Shown: positions 1-15,000 of the stretch, piece after piece
How the letters are laid out: each line of letters opens with the position of its first letter
Position numbering within the stretch: the first letter of the stretch is position 1
Origin: Raillietiella orientalis
Taxonomy: Eukaryota
Assembly (NCBI GenBank): GCA_036172245.1
Contig: JAYWIR010000034.1
Location: forward strand, 1,240,001-1,304,000
Length of the DNA stretch: 64,000 nucleotides
Direction: 5' to 3'
The notes under the pieces: model-generated
The model's database searches: none
Seen by the model: only the letters and a program-made list of their open reading frames with translations
What the model was told of the DNA's origin: nothing
Program-made: the position numbers and the translations under genes

Positions 1-851
1 TCCACCTTACTTTCCTTCTTTCCTTCACCTCTTTCCTCGATGGCTCTGTAGGTCACGTGATGAAGGGCGGACAGTTACGACGACTGCGCTCGGCCGTCTT
101 ACGGCCGCAAATGAGGTCTTCCTCGAATGTGTGCTCAGGAGGTGGACGGATGAGGGTCCCCGGAGATCTTTCGAAACCTACGCGCTTTTTGAGCCGCATG
201 CTACCCTTCGAAGCATCTCCGGATCTGTAACTTCCTAAGAGTTGCTGTAGAAGGCGGTGCAATGCACGGCGCTCCGCCGACGACTGCTTGACTCAAAGCA
301 CACGTGACCAGTGGCAGCACAAGATGCTGGCGCGAAGAACGTCGCTCTTTCGCCACCCGCTCCCGAATGTTCAGGCTCCGTTCGAGACTCTCCATTGTCC
401 TCTTTCCGTTCGATCGGGAGACCTGGAATTGCTCCCACCTCTGCAGGGAAGCGCTTCCCGTTGGCAATCAGGTGCTGCGAGGAACAGTATCCCGATCCAC
501 ACTTGAGGACGGACTATGGGATGCAATGATCTCGGTGCGCGCAGCTCTAAGACATCTGCGACAGAAGAGCCGGGGTAGAAGGGGGAAGGAGGTTCTCTAC
601 TGGAAGGGATGACTCTCCTCCACTATGGGAGAAGGAACGGACGCCCTCGATGAGTACTCAACCTCGAGGAAACGGCCAACCCTTAAATAGGAGGTGGCGA
701 ATTGCGACGTGCATTAGGGTAGTCCGGTTCGGAGTTTTCATCGGGTGGCGACGGTGTGCTTTCCGGCGAAACATTGGGACTCGCCTGTAGTTTCTTCTTC
801 CGCCACTGTTGACGCTGCTGTCCACCGTCACTGTTTTTTTGTCCCGTTCAG

Positions 852-3800
852 CTGCAGTTCCGCACCTTCGTCGTCGTCGGACCATCAGGTGAACTCTTTC
901 GTCGATCCCTACAAGCCGAGGTCGCAGTTTCTGAAGACGCAGAAGAATTTCTTCAACCAGAAAGAAGCATCTCGCATCGACGTAGTAAATCCTACTCACT
1001 GCTCCAGCTTTGCGTCCCACATGCACCATTACAAGAGCGAGTACGCAGGTACGTGGAGTTCCTGGAAGACTGCAGCTGCCGTTCTTCCCGCGAAACCTCT
1101 CTCGCTCCTCTTCTTCAAGCAGTGGACATCCCACACATCAACCCGATGGAGTACCCTGGCAATGACTACAAGCAGAGCTTCAACCAGTCGGCCTTCTCCC
1201 ACAGGAGTCTGCCTCCCTCTTTCTTCTACAATGACTGCCTGAAGACGGCGGCGGGCTCCAAGTCTTTCCTCGGGGAGAGGGAGGACCGGTAAACTCAACT
1301 GTCCTGGGGGGAAACGCACGGTTTAACTCATTCAATCCCCATCCTTCCTTCCCCTTTCCCCTCCTTGCAGCAACCACTACCAGCGATCGAATCGAAGGGA
1401 CGGGAAGGAGCTTCTCCAGTGTCCTACTCCCGGGTGTGATGGAATGGGCCACATAACAGGGAACTACGCCACTCACAGAAGGTAACTTTGCGATCAGTGG
1501 CGTCCGTCCCCTCCATTCCTGGGGCTAACGTCCTCCGTTCCACCCAATCCAAACAGCTCATCTCGAAGCAGTCGAGCACTACGCCGAGGTCCCGGCTTGC
1601 GCGGATGATCTGACCTTGGACTTTTAGGAGTTCTTTTAGGATATCTTTCCACTCCTTTTCATTTTTTTTGTGGAACTTTTGATGATATCTTCCTTGCATC
1701 ACGTGGCAAGAAATGGGGCACTGCCTCTGGATCCCTTCTTGGGTGGACTCCGTAGATTCTGAATGAGGACATTGAGTATCCAGAAATTCTTCTCGAGTTT
1801 AGGCTTGGAATATCGAAAAGATTCCAGGACTCTACGTTTCCGTGAGGAGCACATGAAGAGGTAGTGCACGTGCTAAGTGTGCACAAGTCACGCAGACAAA
1901 TGCAGTCAGAAAGGGAAGGAGGACGGAAACATTTAGAAGAGAGCACGGAGTCCTCTTTTCCTTCGCTCCTCACATCGGAGGAGCACTGAGGCTGGTCCTG
2001 AAGAGGAAACAAGAATTCCCCACTTTGAAAACCCTCAAGATGACGAGAAGGAGGAAAGAAGTTTCCTTCTTCTGCCCGTGGCTCGAGGGTAGAAGAAATA
2101 CGAGAAATTCCATCATCAAACATACATGGAGGCTCCTCTGGACCCAGAAGCGAAGATGCAGTTCACGTGCCAGTCAATCACATCTCGGTCATCCCTCTCC
2201 CCTCCCCTTCTATCCCAGAAAACCATAGGATCCATTCAGGATGGCGTTTTTCTGATCAGATGAGTAGATCGTTCGAGAAGACGTTCGCTTGCGATCCAGA
2301 GAGAATCTTCGGATGAGCATACGGAATCCAGATGAGTCAGCAGAAAGGAAGGCACTACCACACTGTACGCTCAGTCTTTGGCAAAAATGCAACTCTCAAA
2401 AAAAAGGAGGACAAAAGCGAAACGGCCAGCCTCTTCACTCCTGGAAGATGCAGACGTTGCTGTATATTCTAGGAAGAGCGCATTTTCAAGGAAACTCACT
2501 GCTGATTACGGAGGGAATTTCCAGGAACTTGAGAAGTGATTTTCCCGTTCCTCAAGTGAATTCCAATGACAATCCCTAAATCAAGTTGGTCCCACTTTAT
2601 CTTGAAGCCCCTCTCATCAATTTCGGGGAACGTTCTTCTCCGTTGAGTTCGCGGATTTGGTGGTCGTCTCCCAAAGGCGGAAATGGTGGAGGACAGTAGT
2701 GCGTGGACTTCGTGAATGACGTATCGCGTTCTTGTTTCGCAAGAAGTTCTGGCTTCACGAATCACGAAATGGACTCTAAAGTTCAAGAACCCTTTCCTGG
2801 CTGAGGAAATCCATTTGCCTCGATGTCCCGCAGGTCATTCCTTTTGGTAAGCTAATTTTAACTGGATCAACTTGGTCTGATCAGAAAAAATTCAAGTGGG
2901 CATTTTTACGGCGAAGACACACTCGGGAGGTTTTAAGCCTTGAAGGGCTGCTGCGATGGCATCGAAATTGAGATGCTCCATTGCTGCTTCAAGAATTCCT
3001 TGGCTTAACCTCGAAAGATCGGAGTTGTAATAAAACTGCCTTTCCTGAACCTCCTGGATTTCGGCACCAAATCCATTCCACCGAATTGGGGGTTGTGACG
3101 ACGTTGTTCTGTTGTATCTGCAATGACAAAAGTAGTCACTGCTGCTTGCCCCCTCTTTGCGTGTCACTCTGATGGAGGCAGAGTGTGAACCCGAAGGCAT
3201 AACCACCACCAGTGGACATAGTACGCTCGCAAGCATATCGTTGGAAACTCTCCAGCTTACATTTCAGCTTGTTTCTATGGATATTTTTTTCCTGAGACGG
3301 AAGGAGGAAAGTGAAACGTCAGCTCCTCAGGTTCGAGTCCCTGAATTCTTGCGTCCCGATGGAGTATACTCTCCATAACTTTCCTGTTACTATCCAGAAG
3401 AAAATCCAAAGAGAAGAATATGGGACGACCATTAACCTACGGATGAAGAAGATGGCAAAAGATGCACTAAGCTCAACAGGCCAGCTCTAAAATTTCTGTG
3501 ATTTCGGACCAAACGCTTTGCAGTTCGGTGCCACCACTTGGCGTGTTGCTGATGCATTCGTTTCCTCTCCATCGCATATTGGAGGCTAAGAAGAAAAGGA
3601 AAGAAAAACACTTTCGTAAGATTCGAAAGCAAACACATGATTATACAAAAAAAAGGCACCTAGACAAAAACTCACCACAAATTGGATAGACTCAGGAAAT
3701 TTTCTTTTATGGCTTGAATTTCCTTGCTTCTTCGAACAAGCTTTGAATGGATGCTAACGAATCCTGTGCAATTTAAATCTGCTTAATAGCAGTAGGTGCA

Positions 3801-6800
3801 GAGGCAGACTAGGAATCGGTACGGATTTCTACTTCCTTGATTACTTATTTAGATGTTTATAATTTGTTTCATCCATGTTCTGAGCTCTCAAAGCCAGTGA
3901 TTTTCTTTAGCCTGCCTTTCTTCGATCTGGAATGCTTCATTAGCGAACACTGTGAATGTTTATCAAACCAATGCCCAGATAGCTCTGCTTCACTCAGTTC
4001 TCAAAGAAAACGTTTCCAATGAATCTCCTGATGAACTTTTCCTCCTGTCATGTTCCTGTATAAGACAATACTCTGGACAGCTTGGCCACTTTCTTGTGTG
4101 CCTCCACGCCCTGGGGAGGATGATCCAGCTCCGAAAAAACACTCATTTCCCTGAATTTCGGAAAACGCATCGATTCCCGCTTGTACGTTCGTATCCGCAC
4201 CTCTTCTCCCAGAAGGAAGAGAGAACATATCCCAATAGTCGACATCAGCAGTGTAGTGCAGGAAATTGAGGAAAGATTTTGCTCATTCCTGGGACTCTTG
4301 ACACTGGTCCGGACGGACCTGTGGCATGGTGATCTGGCGCGGAAGTGGGGATGGGAATACGGGCAGATTCCAGCTTTTCGACTCTTACGGATACTCCGTA
4401 ATGACGAAAGAAAGCCAAGATAAATTTCCTTCAGAGTCCGGTTCAGTGAAGTAAGCTCACTGGAACGATGGCTGGCGTGTGTCTTGTGTGTTTGTGTTTG
4501 CATCCGGAATTGATCTATGCAGTCGCGTAAACTTTTGCAGTCTTTCAGGATGCCCCCGCGCTGACAAAGCCCAGGTCCAGGCTCAGCAGCAAGAACTCAA
4601 GTGAGTATCCTTCAGGATCTGTTGTGACAAAGTGTGAGTGTTTGTTGAGCCTGGACAGTTATTTGGCTCGGTTTTCGCTACGGGAGGTACAATGCATACC
4701 ACTCTCTGCGTCAAATAACACAAGATGGCGGGCGCCCTCAGTACGGGCCGATTTTCATAGGGCCCATTATCCACAAACTATGGCTCTCGTGTAGGGTGAC
4801 CGAATTTTCTGTGGAGGAGACGAAAGGTAGATGAAATCTACAACCAAAGGAAACGGGAAAATCCCTCTCGTAATGGTAAGACGTGTCTTGACGGTCTCTC
4901 AGCTAAACAGAAGACGGATTTTATTTAGAATTAGAGCTTTTCGAGCGCCCTCAAAATCTGGAAGGGATTATTAAAAAAGGGGGAGATATAAGGAACAGTT
5001 TCGATCAGAGGCAGATGGTGATTTGATCGATTGTTTCATCACTCTGCTCTCGGACCGAAGAGCAAACGACTTGACAAAAATCGGAAGGACGGCAAGAATC
5101 TCAGTCACATGTCATAACCGACTGTTTGCATTTCATTCATTCGGCCTCTCCGAGGTCTAACCTGATGGAAGGTCTCTTTCCGCTGCTTCTCCTTTTGCTC
5201 TCTTTTTTCTTTTTCTTACTCTTTTTCTTCAAAGAGGTTCCAGAAAATAGGATCCAAGAGAATGGGCAGTCCGGAAGAATCGTTACCATGAGCTCAGAGC
5301 CTGGCGCAATCTTTCTTCTGCAGTCTAACATGATCCATAACTCTGGACAAGAAGACAAAAGGTCTAGATGAGATTTCGGAAAAGGTCCAACGGAACTCGG
5401 CAGCATTTTTGCACCTCAGGTAGCTCTGCCTTAAGGTGCTCTAAACGTTGGTAGAAGAGACACACTAGCAAATTGTATTCTTTGGTTGCGTTTGCCCTCA
5501 AATAGGTAAGCATTCCGAAGGTAGTGGTCCTCTAGTTCCTCTGAATACTCTGGTGTAAACCTTGCGTTCTCCAGACTAGCAGCAACAGACTGGCAAAGTG
5601 CATACGCTGCTATCAAAGAGGAAGATTTCCTCCTCCTGCGAGATTTAGATGCAAACAAGGAAAATTGGAGAGGGTTTTGAATCTCTGGCACGCCTCTGAA
5701 ATGATGGAGCAAGCACACTAAACGGAAGACATTGCCGCTAATGAAATGCATCTTATATGGTTTATGTGCCCCGACATAAAGACGGGTAAACTCTTCATCA
5801 CCAAGTGGAGATTCGCTCAAAGGAGTTTTGAATTTTCACTGCCATTTACGGCTGTTGTAAGAAAATAGCTTAGCATACTGACTGGGCTTCTGAGGAGATG
5901 CTCCTTTGTAAAAGTTACTACGGCGCAACTCCCTGGAAACGCCACTTGTCACCACCCTACCAAATTTTTGTTCCTGTATGAGCAGGGGAAAGCGACAACG
6001 ATTTGCTCGTTATTAGCTGAAAACTGTATGTGATTCCCATGTGATCATCCGAGATGCTAGTTTTGTTACGCAGTATGTCTTTTTCTACATGGATATGTGT
6101 AATTGCATCGTAGTTTTTCGTATTCGAGATTAATTACTTGCTTGTTTCTTGAGTGTTCGTTTATGGGGGCAACAAATGTATTTGTGCCAAATGAGCTTAA
6201 TCGCAAATCGTGACAGATTGTAAATGGTGGCGCTTGGCGCAATCTGTGCTGAAATAATCGAGTAGGAGATGACTGTCGCAGCCTTGGCATTTATGAAAGC
6301 CACGGCACAGCTTAACCTTAAACAGTACACTGTCCAGGTTAAAGCTCTCACCTCATAAGATTCGTCGGCTCCTCAATTCCTTGATCTTTTCTTCTTGGTC
6401 CTGTTCAATCCTGATCAACAGAATTTCGACTGAATTTTGTACGTCGTTTACCCTTAAAGGATCATTAGGTGCTCAAAAGGTGCACTCAGAGAAGCAGAGG
6501 TCCACTGTTTTTCTTGTTTCCCGTCAGTGGTCCAATGACCCCTACAGCACTTCCTCACAGTTGCTACGATTGTTAGGTGAAGGATATGTTGAAAGGGGTT
6601 TCTTCGAATCCTTGAGAGGAGATGGAAAGTGAGTGAGTTTCCTGCCTGATGTTACGATCCACGCCACCCTGTCATGAGTGAAGAAAGTTCTTCCTTCGAG
6701 CTGTTGATAAGTCCAGTGAGATGCGAAATCAATGGTGTTGCAAATTGCGCTCTCCCAATCCAACCAAAACGAAAACTTTAACTCTTCATCAAGAATAACG

Positions 6801-9800
6801 GAAGTGCGTGAATAACCATTAAGTTACCACAAAGTTTTTATTTTTATTTTTTTCCTTTTTTTTCTTCCTTTCCTTTGGGAAATTAAGATATCCCAAACAT
6901 TGGGGGTTTAAGGGGAATATGAAACGGAGCTACGCGAACACGTTCAAGTATTTACCATGGAGTTCCCAAGATTGCTTTGGTTGGTTCCAGCTTTCAGTGC
7001 TCGTGTGGTGCTGGGACGAGGCCATTGTGCGCGTCTCAAAGGGATAATCATTACTTGGCGCCAACGTATGGGTTTTGCGAGCTCCATCAAAAAGGGAACC
7101 GCGTGCGCCGTGTTCTCAGGGAAACACAGAAACACTTGGACAGAGAGGATTGAATCTTCCAAGGGGGAGCGGGCGTCATGTCTGGATAATCGGAGAACAC
7201 ATGCATTCTTGTTTCTACGAACCATTTGTACTAATAGGTGGTTCCTGGAAACGCAAGTTCCGGTCCCAGTTCGAATCGTTTCGACGTGCTTCAGATTGGA
7301 CGGAGATCGCGACCCTTGGAAAAGTCTGGGTCGCCTGCATGAAATGCAAGATTCGAATAAAGCTTGCGAGTCGCGCAGGCATGTTATCAAGGGATATAAA
7401 CGAAACGGTTGCGGCAGCATGAAGGAATTCCGACTCAAAAGAACCATCAAAAAGTAAAAGCAGTTGGAAAGCAGTGGCAAAGCTGATGACCACACTGCTG
7501 CATTCGGAAGCAGATACTCTAATAAGGAAAACTCTGAAGCAAATACGTCAATAAGTCTACAGAACACGAATATGGTTCTTGTGGAACTACTACCATGAAT
7601 TCATAATATGGATGCTGCGAGATCATGTCTGGATAATCTCAGGTAAATCGCTACCTCTGTGGAAGCACTCCTCCAGCATAATGAATGTGTGTTCGGCATT
7701 CCACGAGGATCAGAAGATACGAGCTCAAGTATCGTTTCATTAATCCTCATCTTAACTTTGTACAAAAGTGTTCTCCAAGAATGCTGTGCCTGATGATATT
7801 GCAAGTGCTTCAAAGCTTCCAGGAAGAATCTCTGGAGCATCAGAAACCCCCCAAAGGCTCATTTAAAAGATGCAGACGTAGGGGAAAAAATGCAATCATT
7901 TGCATCGATAGATAATTTACCTCCAAGATGGTTTCTCGACCACACTCGCACTCGAGCATTCTCCCAATTAGCGGGAAGCATGTAACTTGTATTCTAAGCT
8001 AACTGGCTCCTCGTCTACAAAATCAGTTGACTGATCGACTTGTTCCAGTTAGTGGTCTCGTTTTTGTACAGCTTCAGTCTCATTGCAACTGTCCTAGTTC
8101 TTTGATCTTGTCTTGTTGTATGAGGAAACCGTCATGTGCAAACAGTTACTGTCATCAGAGCTTTCGGATGCTGTGAGCGAATTTCTGCCGCATCCCATTC
8201 CGTTTTGAAATTGCTACTGGCACAGCATAATTTCGAGATACTTCAGGTCTTCCGGTATTCCATGAAAACATGTTTCTTCGTTGACACCTGGAAGTTTCTC
8301 GGTGCCTTGATCACGAGAAGCCATCACTCTTGCATTTAATTCGGCCGCATCCTTGAGACTAGAAAGTTCCGTAACCAATAGCTGGTATGTCATCCCAAGA
8401 GTTTTGTCTCCCGTGTAGTCTGTTGGGAACATTTTCCACAGGGGTAAAAGGATTGCATAAAGAATGTATGGAGACCATTTGTGAACCACCCACTTTCACG
8501 TTTCATCTGACTTCCCAGGCTCTGAAGCCTTTGTGCCGAGCTGACTCGCGACGTCTCCGTCAAGCGAAGTGGTGAATTCTTTCTCATCTCTTTGCCCAGT
8601 GAACAAAACCAGATCTTTCAAAACCTATAATGCATCTCCTGACACTCATCAATTGAACACTCTATTCACAAATAGATCGATTTGCTTATAGATTTCATTA
8701 AGTGAAATTTAAAAAAACAAAACAAAACGCTTTTGATCAGACACAAAGCAATTAGACTGTGTAGCGAATTTGTTGAGAGCCCTTCTTAAAGGCCTTCAAA
8801 GATATTATCCTTGAAGCAATCTTTTTTTATCCCTGATGTTCTTCAATTATTCTTTGAAGAGACAAAATGGATGTTTACATATGCAAAATGATGGCTCATC
8901 TTCCCTACCCCATTTGTAAGAGTGAAATAGGAGTGGGAATTCAGGAGGACACCATCCAGAATTGATTCGATGTTTTGCCTTCTCATCATTGGAGCTATTT
9001 ATCTCATTCTCACGACCAACTCGACCTATCTCGTGGAAGTTAGCTCACAGAACTGTTTCAAGAGTCTCATCAAAGTTTCATGCTCCATTTGGAAAGGGGG
9101 AAGAACGTTTTGTTGGATCCTAAGCATGGAAAAGAATGTTGTGCTGTTACCACATCACCGTGACACTTTTCCATTGCCCATTGGGAAATTCACTCTGTAA
9201 GCAACCAAATCGACAGTTCTTACACTGTTTTGGTTACTCGAAGACTTTGGTGAGTTACATCAAACCTTAGGAAAAGAGCATACCAGTAAATCTCAAGAAC
9301 TAAAAGACTCAGTACATGCATAATATTTTGCTTGGATCTCAGCTGAGATCATCAGAATTGATATTGAAAAGTTAAAATGAAGCAGTCAGCGAGGGCAGTG
9401 ACCTAGCCGAGTGGGGCATAACCCGAACACGAAGGAAAAGAATCACCCCGTAAGAAAACACCAACCCAAGAAGGATCCTGGTAGACGTTTATCCTACATC
9501 GATGTTGCGATTCCCCTAATTTGTTGCCTCCACGAAAATGGGGGCTCTTCACTGTTTGTTCTGATAAGCTTTGAACGAAAATTTACTCTTGCATCCTAAG
9601 TATCATTTATTAAATGCATTATATGCTAATTATATGATAATGGAATGCTACTAATTCTCATATTATTTGAAGATGGAAAGGTCCTCCGATTCGAAAACGC
9701 CCTCCGTGTTCTCAAGGAAAGATTTTAAAATACCATCAGGAGTAAGATAAAAGGCTTTTTTTTTTTCGTTTCTGAGGGAATGGAGAACAAAGGTAATGAA

Positions 9801-12062
9801 AGCCAGAGCATTTTTCACCGGTTCCTATCCGTAAGTAATACCTCCATGAGACAGATTAGAAAACATCGATAATTAATAACATGAGCCGTGATAACCGATG
9901 TATGATGGCATTCTTCCAGCACCTTTCATCCATTGAAAGAATCAGAAAGCAGAATGAAATGAAATGAAAGGGGTTTACATTCGAGGAAAAATGGAAAGCT
10001 CAATGCGGATACGCGTTGATCGGATATGAATCTCTTTTCCAGAGAAGCAGTATGCGTTGCCATTAGCGTGGCCATTGCTTCCGGGTATGTTCAGAGAACA
10101 CACACGGAAGCAATCTGTGAGAAAGTTCAACGGTGCAGGTGATATCGCATTATCACAGTGTGGGGAGGAGTCATTTCCACTAAAGAATGAATGGATTAAT
10201 TGAAGTTCTCCAAATGAAAACTGAGTTTCGTGGTTAATGATTCTTGAATGCCAAAGATTCGCACTAGAAAGAAATCGAAGTTCGTTTTCTGATCATTGGG
10301 ATACTCTGTACCAGGCGTACTGAGGAACTGCGAAAGAGACTCTTTCAGCCTTGCGATAGTGATTCAAAGCCCTCGTCCTTGTTGACTCACTATGTTTTTC
10401 TTGAAGTGAGTAGGAAGTTTGAAAGTACAGAAGGTTCGATGGTATCTTTTCTAAATAGAAATCGGTGAATGGGACCCATCATCCTGATATTCATAAAAGT
10501 TTCCTTGTTGCTAATTCAGCGATTTCATCAATGATTCATTTGATTACGTGTTCAGATGCTATGAATGACTGATGACTACCGTCTCTTGGATATTGTCTTT
10601 CCGCGTCAGTGAAATGAGCTCATCTCACTATTTTGTTTACGCGAGCACTGTTCTTCGATGAATTTGGTGTTTGGCTGATTGAGGAGTATGTTCGTGGTTG
10701 AGGCAAACTTGGGATCATCTCTTTGACCACAGAGAATCGTGTTTTATGCGATCGACATGTGCATCTGAAAATGATAAATTCTTCTACACTAGGTGTCCTA
10801 CGCAAGGGTGTGATGGATCAGGTCACGTCACAGGGAACTACTCATCCCACCGTAGCTTATCTGGATGTCCGAGAGCAAACAAAATGAAAGGGAGGTATCG
10901 AGACTGTCAGGATAACTCGGCATACAAGTAAGAAGTTTTCCTTTTAAACTGTTGAATATAGGCTTTAAATAAGGACAAAGTTACCCACACGTGATTTCTT
11001 GGTGCACGTAACTGCGTTTGCTCACGTGGCAGCTCCATTCAGAACACTTCACCCGTGATATTTTTCGGTGAATTCCACCAGCTGCGAATTAACGACGAAT
11101 AAATTTGCACGCGGTCGCATACAATCTAACATTTATCCTCGAGTTGTAATAAGGAGGGTTATAAGCATTTCATCGAGCTGTATCCCTCACTCATATATCG
11201 CTCCTTATCTTGCCGTACTATTTTTCTAATATTTAAAGCGGCATTCAATCCATATCCCAAATGTAAAAGACAGAATTGAGCAGCCATTCATCAAATTCCA
11301 AAGACAGAAATTTCTAAATTGAAATAAGAGCTCCTCTCAAAGTGAAATTTAGATCAAAGAACAAGAAATGGATTTCAAAAACAACTGAACCCTAACGAGG
11401 AACTTTAGGTACACAAACCCCAAATGGGATAACGTTAGCGTGGCAATGTGAGCAATCCGATGAGCTCTGGATAGCCACGAGTTTGTGTTTGGTGAAAGAT
11501 TCATTGTACTTTCGAATCAAGGATGATCTTGCTTCTAAAATGATGTTGACTTCTTTGTGGTCACTCAGTAAAGAAGAATACCTGATATAGTTAATTTATT
11601 TATTTTCAAAATTCACTACAATAGTCGTATGTATATATGTGTATATATATATATATATACTTCAAGTATACGTATACGACTATAGTAAATTTTGAAATCT
11701 CTATACATACTTCAAAATTTACTATGGTAAAACGGAACTATGGTATTTTATACGTAATGACACTTACGTGAGTTTCTGTGACGGAACAAAAGAAAACCTT
11801 CACTTTCATGGAACATGAAAAGAAAACAGTAGATATCTTATATATTCTTGTTCTAAAAGCTTTGAACCAGTTTAAAAGGAATTTCTGTTTTAACATGAAG
11901 AAATGAAAAAGATTTCGATCCATTTTATTAGAGTGCCGAAGGGAGCTTGAAAAGATCGTAGTGGCGTGACCTCACCGTCTGACTACATAACTACAAATTG
12001 CCCATTGAAATCAAATGTACCCTCGGAAGTGTATTTTCCTTCAAGCTGTAATTTAAGCTATC

Positions 12063-12099
<37 letters not shown>

Positions 12100-15000
12100 T
12101 TACGGAGATTTCTTGTCACCGGAGTCTCAGTGAAATTTTTGTTGTTGTTTTTAGTTCCCGAAGGAGAACTTGTGATATGAGTGAGTCACATGAAAAAGTA
12201 AGTTCGTCTACAGATGTGAAACGAAAATCAACACCTTCAGAATTACCTGTTAAATCCAAAACATTCGATTCACCACCTTTAAGCTATTTAACCAATACAT
12301 CCTATTTGGAGCCGCAAAAGGCGAGCAGTGAGTACAAACGAAAAACGTTCTCTGTAACTGCGTTTCTCCTTTCGGCGTCGAAATTGAGGGTATTTTTTTT
12401 TTCCCCGCTCTTGAACTTTGAACCCTCTTCAGGCGCAGTCTCCGTTCCAGCCATCCACTCGTTAAATATGGTCACTGTGCCGCAACTTTCCATCAGTTTA
12501 ACGAAATGAGTGTCTGTCAATACCCTTAATTTCTTTTGAATCTTTACGATTCCAGGATTTCTTTTTTCTGAGTAAAAATCAATTTTTCGTACACAATTTT
12601 ATTTGCTTTCTAACTTTGACTTTCAAGGTAAAATGTATTTTTCGTTTGCAGACAGTTTACAATCTAGAAAAAAAAAAAAAAAAAAAAAAAAACAACCCTG
12701 TAAGCTTACGTCAGAGGGGAGCTAAGAAGTACTTTACGTATATATGGATATACATATACATTTCAGTTTCAGTTCTTCAGCTGATGAGTTATTTCCCTTT
12801 TGTTCCAGCAGAGTAGCCGTAAATGTGTTGGCGTGTTTGGATGTAGACACACGTGAAACGATAAACGAAAACTGGAGTTGCAAATACGACGAAGAATGTG
12901 AAATGATTTTGGCTTTTAGGTCGGCAATAAACTGAACAGAGAGTTCACATGTTCCGGAAATCTGTATGTTCATGTAAGAAAATATATTTAAAAAAAAAAA
13001 AAAAAGAATACATAAAAACAATATGAAACCAAGCGCAATTACTATGGGAATAGAAAGAGAAACAGCTGCAGCTCGCAGATGCTTTTAGGAGCATGAAACA
13101 GGCAAAAAACAAAACAGAATACACTCAACGTGTACCTTAGTGAAGATCTCACGTATTCCGACTGGGTATGCTTGAAAGCAGAATTTCCGAATTGAGAAAT
13201 CAGATGAAGTCTTAATGTATTGTTTTTTTCATGTGAATGGAAGGTGTCGAAATAGAGCACTTGTCTCATTTTCACGAAAATACCCCCAAAGCAGCGACAG
13301 TGCTGCAATGAAACGCATCTGAGGATTGCCTCTTTCACCCTGGGACAGGAAAATTTTCCTTTCAGAACTTGCTAGAAAGCAGCGCCCTTATTTTCATATG
13401 AGACAAGGGTCACTCAATAGAGAATTTGACAGATTGTGTAATGAGGACCACGTCGCCGTTTCCGCCCTCGACTACGAGATTGCCATTGGGCGCGTCAATT
13501 ATGACCTCTGAAGTTGGATTACTTACTCTTCTATCACAATTGACAAAGCTGGATGGTCTCTGACCAAATGAATAAACTGAAAAAATTCCCATCCAATTAG
13601 ACAATAGGTAATGTAAGTTATGCTTGTTTAAGGAATGGAAGCTGCTTAGTTTCTAAGGCGAAGAGGAAATTTCCAAGAAGGATTTTTGGCAGTTCACTGA
13701 ATATGCTGAAGCTGAAGACCTGGAATCACATGGAATGCAAATCGCAGAACGATTCTCAGCCCACCGTTATTCCGTTTGTTTCAAGGAAATGCATTCAAAA
13801 TCTTAGATGTATTTTCGAATGCATGTTTTCGAAATTACAAAAGGAATATCTTCCCAATAATTTGCTTTTCGCTCCATCTTATGCCTTTCTTTAAATTTCT
13901 TGTTATTCCTTACATTTCGCAATACAAGATGGTCCGATAATTTAGCAGCAACAGAATACGGTTGCTAGAGAATCGGGACAACGTTGAATTGAAATACTTT
14001 ATTTACAAATCAGAATTCATTTACATATGCTTTCTGGTAAAGTATTGCTCAAATACGCAGAATTATTCGGATCCCACTACTGGGCTTCAATCAGTGGCGT
14101 CCGAGCCGTGACCGAGCATTTAGAAAGCGCTCTCCCTGAGTCATGGGACACCACAGCTGCGTCGTTGGTGTCGCCTATTCCTAAGGTCAAATTCAAACGG
14201 TTTTCTAGAGAGAACCATGAGTTTTCAAATATCCGAATGTCATCCTCGTGTTTCCGTCTGTACGTTGTTTTTTTCCCTCGAAGATGGAACGCCAAGTCAA
14301 CATCACTTGCATCCTCAGGTTGTCGTATTTTGCACGACCGTCAGTGTTTATAAAGCCATTTTACAAGCGAAAAGAAGTTGCCATAAGTGGGTCTGTGACA
14401 AGAGCCGAGATCTCGCAAATGACTTATGAGGGTCTATGCTACGGACAAAGTTCGGTCAAAGGCATTTTCGAAACATCCGCTGTTCTGAAAATGCTTTCCA
14501 CTGAACTTTTGGATGCAAAACGCGTTGTTCAAGTTGACTTTCTTTCACTTCACTTTTTTAATTCCTCTATCCAGCTAATGCCTCAGTTGATGATCTCATT
14601 TTTTTTATGGATTACTTAATTTTTATGTGGATGTCATACTGATTTATACAGGAATGATGGAATTACATAACATAGGAAACCAGTCCTCAAAAACATTAAC
14701 TTACATTAGATGATGATGCAGCGCCTGTTTTCCATTATATTCTTTTCATATAATGAAATAAATGCTATAACTCAATGTGCCCTCGGAGAATCGGTCTCTG
14801 TCAACAGATTCGACCAAATCGCCAACGTTACCACATCTCCACGCAAACTTCGGAGGATTTCAAGATCAAAAAGCAACACCGTTGCTAATCGGTCATCAAC
14901 AAAAAATCATGCAACAAAAACGCCTGCAGTTATTTAATTTGCATTTCTCTCCTGATTTTCAAGTGGCAATTTAATGCGGTTATGTGCTGACATTTTATCT

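Noticed and set aside
11603..11725. Foldback around a (TA)n run as a structured RNA
   Set aside because: Short AT-rich palindrome and local duplication; most likely MITE or microsatellite debris.
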